In this document: positions 59,764 through 64,000 of the stretch, one piece after another
Numbering within the stretch: the stretch's first letter is position 1
How the letters are laid out: every line of letters begins with the position of its first letter
Source of the DNA: Deinococcota bacterium
Lineage (GTDB): Bacteria > Deinococcota > Deinococci > Deinococcales > Thermaceae
Assembly: GCA_041695225.1 (NCBI GenBank)
Contig: JBGFRI010000030.1
Span: forward strand, 32,001 to 96,000
Direction: 5' to 3'
Length of the DNA: 64,000 nt
Made by a program: the position numbers and the translations under genes
The notes under the pieces: model-generated
What the model was told of the DNA's origin: nothing
Databases searched by the model: none
What the model saw: the letters and a program-made list of their open reading frames with translations, nothing else

Positions 59764-61842
59764 TTGAATCAGGTTCGCTGGCAAATAGACTCAGACGGTC
59801 GGGTTATCGCCTGGGGGGCTAGCGCGGCTACCTTTTTTCAACTTCCATCCGAACAGGCGCTAGGGAAATCCTGCGGTGAGATAGTACGGGGCACCGATAG
59901 CTTTGGGCGCCCCTTGTGTGTGCGCTGCCCGGTGCAGCGTGAGATCAGGTACGGGGCTTATCAGGCCAGCACGGCCATATCGGTTGGGGGCAGGCGCCTG
60001 ACCTGCCAGGGCTACGCCAATGAAAGCATTCATCTCGAGCTCAAGCCCGAAAGTCAGCGAGATAGCAGCGAGGTACTGGCCTCGCTCTCCTGGGCGGTGC
60101 GAAAACTTATGAGTGAGCCGGGCCGCTTCTTTCAGACCTTGCAGGTCTTCCTGGCGGGCATGCGCAAGAGCCTGGAGATGGAAGTCGCCGAGCTGTTTCT
60201 GGCCGACCCGCAGGAGCGCTACCTGGTGCTCACTGCCCACGACGGGGTTCACCGCCAGGCCTTTATGGAACGACCGTGGTTTGCCTGGGGCGAGGGTTAC
60301 CCAGGGCTGGTAGCCCTAAGGCACCAGGTCCTGGTTACCCACGATCTGGCGTCGGATAGCCGCTATCTGCGGCAAAAAGTCAAAAAGCTGGGCTACAAAA
60401 CCTATGTCTGCTATCCGCTAAAGCTGCCCCAGGGGCTAATTGGCGTGCTCAATCTGGCCAGCCGCGACCCGGCAGTGGACCACGAAGCCCTGCTGGACCA
60501 GCTGACCCTGGTGGGGCCGATGCTGGCTGCATCGCTCTACACGGTGCTAACCCGGCTGGGCGAGAAGGGCCTGCTCTCGATTACTCAGGCGGTATGGCGG
60601 GGCGCCGAGCTCGAGGGTATCGAGGCCTTTCTCTCGCAGGCCAGGGCCCTTAGCGGGGCTTCGGGTGTGCGGCTGGTACTGCGGGATGGCCGTACCCTGA
60701 CCCATTCGACAGGCTCAGGGCAGGCCCATTCGACAGGCTCAGGCTTCGCCCTGAGCGGAGCGAAGGGGCAGGCCCAGGGTCGTTGTGAGGTTCCGGAATG
60801 CGAGTATGTGCAGCCTGGTGCACAGAGCTTGCTCCGTCCCGAGGGGGATCGTCCCCTGTGCCCAGTCTGGCAGGGTAAGGTGCAGGGGGTGAGGATTGGG
60901 CTGGAGCCCTGTCCCCTCACCGAGGCCGGGCGGCCCCGCTACTGTTTACCACTCTGGTCTGGTGGGCAGGTGGTGGGGGTGCAGCAGTTTCATTTTGCCC
61001 GGCTACCCCAGCCCCCCAGCCAGGCGGTTGTGCCCATCTTCTGGCTTCAGCGTCTGGGGGCCGAGGCTCTCTGGCCCCATCCGCACCAACCCGACAGAGT
61101 ATTACCCTGGATCGAGATTCACACCCTGGGCGGCTTACAGGTACGGCGGGCCGGCGAACTCCTGAGCCCCAAAGCCTTCGGACGCCGCCAGAGCCTGACC
61201 CTGCTCAAACTGCTTATTGCTCACCGGGGCCAGACCCTGGCCAAAGAAGAACTATGCGAGCGCCTGTGGCCAGGAGAAGACCCCAGCGAGACCCAGGGCC
61301 GCCTGCATGTCCTCATTCACGGCCTGCGCCAGGCCCTCGAGGCCGACCCGGCCAAACCGCAGATTGTGCTTCGTGAGGGGGAGGGCTACCGTTTTGCCCC
61401 CCAGGTTCAGTATTTTCTGGATGTGGAGCGCTTCGAAGAGCTTTTGCACCAGGGCGATGGCCTGGAGGGTGCCGCTGCCCTGGAAGCCTACCGCCAGGCC
61501 CTGGCCCTGTACAAAGGCGACTTCCTGGCCGACGAGCCCTATGCCGACTGGGCCGAACTCGAGCGCTCTTATCTGCGTGAGCGGGCGGTGGGGGCGTTGT
61601 TTCGCATGGCCACCATAGCCCTGGGACTGGGGATGCCGCGCGAAGCTCTGGAAGCCTACCGCCGTATCCTGACCCTCGACTCCTGGCGCGAGGAAGCCTA
61701 CGCCGAACTGATACAGATTTTGGTGACCCTGGGGCAAGAACCTGAAGCCCGCAGCCTGTTCCAGCAGTACCGGCTTCGGATGGAGCGCGAGGGCTTACCG
61801 GTCTCGAGCCAGCTTGCTCAGATGGCGCGGATTAGCACATGA
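59764..61842 (+). CDS. dnrS: DnrS-like PAS/GAF/BTAD transcriptional activator
   Basis: N-terminal sensor with CxxC, GAF (GEGYPG), SARP/BTAD C-terminus (ALALYKGDFL); next to nar and a CRP-family gene. Confidence 0.8.
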   Translation: MNQVRWQIDSDGRVIAWGASAATFFQLPSEQALGKSCGEIVRGTDSFGRPLCVRCPVQREIRYGAYQASTAISVGGRRLTCQGYANESIHLELKPESQRDSSEVLASLSWAVRKLMSEPGRFFQTLQVFLAGMRKSLEMEVAELFLADPQERYLVLTAHDGVHRQAFMERPWFAWGEGYPGLVALRHQVLVTHDLASDSRYLRQKVKKLGYKTYVCYPLKLPQGLIGVLNLASRDPAVDHEALLDQLTLVGPMLAASLYTVLTRLGEKGLLSITQAVWRGAELEGIEAFLSQARALSGASGVRLVLRDGRTLTHSTGSGQAHSTGSGFALSGAKGQAQGRCEVPECEYVQPGAQSLLRPEGDRPLCPVWQGKVQGVRIGLEPCPLTEAGRPRYCLPLWSGGQVVGVQQFHFARLPQPPSQAVVPIFWLQRLGAEALWPHPHQPDRVLPWIEIHTLGGLQVRRAGELLSPKAFGRRQSLTLLKLLIAHRGQTLAKEELCERLWPGEDPSETQGRLHVLIHGLRQALEADPAKPQIVLREGEGYRFAPQVQYFLDVERFEELLHQGDGLEGAAALEAYRQALALYKGDFLADEPYADWAELERSYLRERAVGALFRMATIALGLGMPREALEAYRRILTLDSWREEAYAELIQILVTLGQEPEARSLFQQYRLRMEREGLPVSSQLAQMARIST
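60701..60772 (+). repeat. Three 24-bp units inserted in frame in dnrS
   Basis: CCCATTCGACAGGCTCAGGGCAGG twice, the second split by an inverted relative. Confidence 0.85.
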
Positions 61843-62522
61843 GCCAGCAAGTTTTAGACAGTGCTGACATTCTGCGCCGTAGCCCGTTGTTTGAAGAACT
61901 GGAGGAGGCCGATCTCCAGGCGCTGGCCCGGCAAGCGCACCACCGCTGTCTGCCCAAGGGCCAGACCCTGTTTTTGCAAGGCGATCCGGTGCAGTATCTT
62001 CATCTGGTTACATCTGGCCTTATCAAGGTCTATCGCCCCGACCCCAAAGGCCAGAGGCAGGTGGTGCTTCACCTGGAGGGGCCATACCGGCTGGTAGCAG
62101 CGGTAGCGCTGTTTCTGGAGAAGCCACGCTATCCGGCTTCGGCAGAGGCGCTGGAAAACTCGGCCCTGCTAGCCATACCCCGGGAGACCTTTTTCCATCT
62201 GGTGGACTCGCGCCCGCCCGTGGCCCGGGCCATGATCCGCTTTTTAGCCAGGCGGCAGGCTCAGCTGGTGCATCTGCTAGACCGGCTGGTCTTTCACCAG
62301 GTTGGGGCAAGGCTGGCGGAGTATCTGCTCACGCGTCACCTGGCCGAGGGCGAAGGCTTCCGCCTGCCCACCAACCCCGAGCTAGCCGCCATTCTGGGCA
62401 GTGTGCCCGAGCCGGTGAGCCGCAAGCTGGGGCAGTTTTTCCGCCAGGGCCTGATCGAGATGAAAGAGCGGCGGGTCTGGGTTCGGGACCAGGCCGGGCT
62501 ACGGGCGCTGGCCGAAAAGTGA
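61839..62522 (+). CDS. dnrT: Crp/Fnr-family regulator (DnrT-like)
   Basis: cNMP-binding fold plus HTH (ELAAILGSVPEPVSR); coupled to dnrS. Confidence 0.8.
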   Translation: MSQQVLDSADILRRSPLFEELEEADLQALARQAHHRCLPKGQTLFLQGDPVQYLHLVTSGLIKVYRPDPKGQRQVVLHLEGPYRLVAAVALFLEKPRYPASAEALENSALLAIPRETFFHLVDSRPPVARAMIRFLARRQAQLVHLLDRLVFHQVGARLAEYLLTRHLAEGEGFRLPTNPELAAILGSVPEPVSRKLGQFFRQGLIEMKERRVWVRDQAGLRALAEK

Positions 62523-62631
62523 GTGCCAGACTGTCTTTCTCAGGCGGGGCGGCAGACCGCAGTGAGCTTTGCGAGACTTTACCTGGCGCCCGGCAAGGTT
62601 TCAAGCGCTCATTTTGCCGTCTACACCATGC

Positions 62632-63113
62632 CTACGGGTTTCTTTGCTTCCGCTCCTCGGCCATCTGGACTAGCTGCTCTTTGGTAAACACCCGTCTGCT
62701 CATGGCATCGGTTAATTACGTCAAGCTTCGGCCACTTCATTGTCCAGTCTATAGGCAAAGGTCGCCACTGCGGCCACCTGCATCAACCCCGAGGCCACCA
62801 GCACTGGCCGCAGGCTCTCGTTGCCGCTATAGAGCAGCCAGGGTTCGGCTACCAGCCGCAAGACCAGCCCAGCGTTAAGCAAAACGTAGGTCGCCGCCTC
62901 GAGCCCCTCCTGCCGGATCTGCCCCGGCCTGGGCATCATCCAGAAGGCCACCCCCATCGCCATGCATAAGAAGAAAGCCACCCCCGCGTGCAGGTGGGTG
63001 GTCTTGAAGTAAGCGATCAGGCCCGGCCAGAGATAAAAAGCAGTGCCGGTGAGCACGGCATAGAACAGATAGAACAGACTGCTGCGGACGAAGAGGAACT
63101 GATAAAACGACAT
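62632..63113 (-). pseudogene. Small membrane protein interrupted by the 44-bp element
   Basis: HLH, GVAFWMMPRP, LNAGLVLR; removing 62707-62750 restores FAY|AMSRRVFTKEQLVQMAEERKQRNP*. Confidence 0.75.
62707..62750 (-). mobile_element. 44-bp micro-insertion
   Basis: Minus strand AGACTGGACAATGAAGTGGCCGAAGCTTGACGTAATTAACCGAT; 30/44 identical to 21757-21800 by hand count. Confidence 0.8.
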
Positions 63114-63129
63114 AACCTGTGAACCCTTT

Positions 63130-63249
63130 TCAATCGCTGACCAGCTCAAAAGCCTGGTCTGGGCGTAGTCGGTCAGAGAGACTGACAATCCTGGGGTGGC
63201 GCTTGTGGGGGGCGATGGTGTGGACGTCCAGGGTCTGGCCGATCTGCAT
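63130..63249 (-). pseudogene. Truncated DUF2249-like gene
   Basis: MQIGQTLDVHTIAPHKRHPRIVSLSDRLRPDQAFELVSD*. Confidence 0.6.
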
Positions 63250-63469
63250 AAGGTTCCTCCAGGTATCAGGTTGCTCCGCAGGAGGGCCTGGTGCCATGAC
63301 CCAAGTCATGGCGGGAGCTTTAGCGGTTGCTTAGGCTGGAGCCTAGCCTGGCTGAGTCTCGCGGATAGCCAGGACTAAAGCTGGTGAAACGAGATCCGTC
63401 GGGCGCTAGGCTGGGCCTTATGCCTTCAGAGTCTCGAGCTACCATGGGTAATGACTTACTAGGAGCACC

Positions 63470-63793
63470 ATGACCCAGACCTATGTTTATATCTCCGACC
63501 TTGCCGCCGAGGCCCCGGTGCCTCCCGGTGGCATCCTGAGCCGCACCCTCCACAGCGCGGGTGGCGGCAAAATTGTACTTTTTGCTTTCGATGCCGGGCA
63601 GAAACTTTCCGAACATACTGCTTCACGTCCGGCCATACTGCATATTCTCTCGGGGCATGGGCGCATAAAACTGGGTGACGATGAACGAGAAGCCAGACCC
63701 GGAACCTGGGTCTACATGCCCGCGGGCCTGGTGCACGCACTACAGACCGAGAGTCCGCTCACCATGCTGCTGACCTTGCTGCCCAAGGAGTAG
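63470..63793 (+). CDS. Cupin-domain protein
   Basis: FDAGQKLSEHT and MPAGLVHAL cupin motifs. Confidence 0.88.
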   Translation: MTQTYVYISDLAAEAPVPPGGILSRTLHSAGGGKIVLFAFDAGQKLSEHTASRPAILHILSGHGRIKLGDDEREARPGTWVYMPAGLVHALQTESPLTMLLTLLPKE

Positions 63794-64000
63794 GGTTTCG
63801 CGCAAGAGTGAGTATTGCCAGAGTTTCATCAGAAGGGGTAAGACCTGCTTGCAGTATGCTGTCAACCGCTAATTTTCGGCCAGCCCATGAGTGGAATCTT
63901 AGCCCTTACTATGAGATGCTCCAGGCCTCTCCTTCGTCGTTGCGAGGAGGCCCCAGGCAGGCGAAGCAATCCAGGAGGGCTCCAGAGCGCTCTGGCCGCC

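Overview
Thermaceae-like DNA (Meiothermus/Thermus-type narCGHJIKK cluster with dnrS/dnrT). From left to right: (1) an AT-richer minus-strand surface-polysaccharide cluster (glycosyltransferases, epimerases, polymerase/ligase, methyltransferase, flippase; 0.2-10.6 kb); (2) a ~15 kb patchwork (10.7-26.2 kb) of toxin-antitoxin modules (many MNT/HEPN, two PIN pairs, DUF4258/DUF2283) plus a DUF559 nuclease gene, interleaved with degenerate end-fragments of polysaccharide genes and repeated copies of a wzc-3'/TAGACT-promoter segment; (3) a frameshifted wzc-like kinase, priming sugar transferase, ligase, wzz, manC and manB; (4) two more MNT cassettes, each behind a copy of a 364-bp direct repeat; (5) prs, an M24 peptidase, an IscA-like protein, a peptide ABC transporter and truA; (6) respiratory nitrate reductase and its regulators. 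Two signals stand out. The first is a fixed-length 44-bp micro-element inserted after AT at four unrelated loci; it reads as a short acidic peptide plus stop and truncates two genes in frame. The second is an integrase-free array of TA cassettes in which toxins decay more often than antitoxins. All family calls come from motif recognition by eye; no database search was run.
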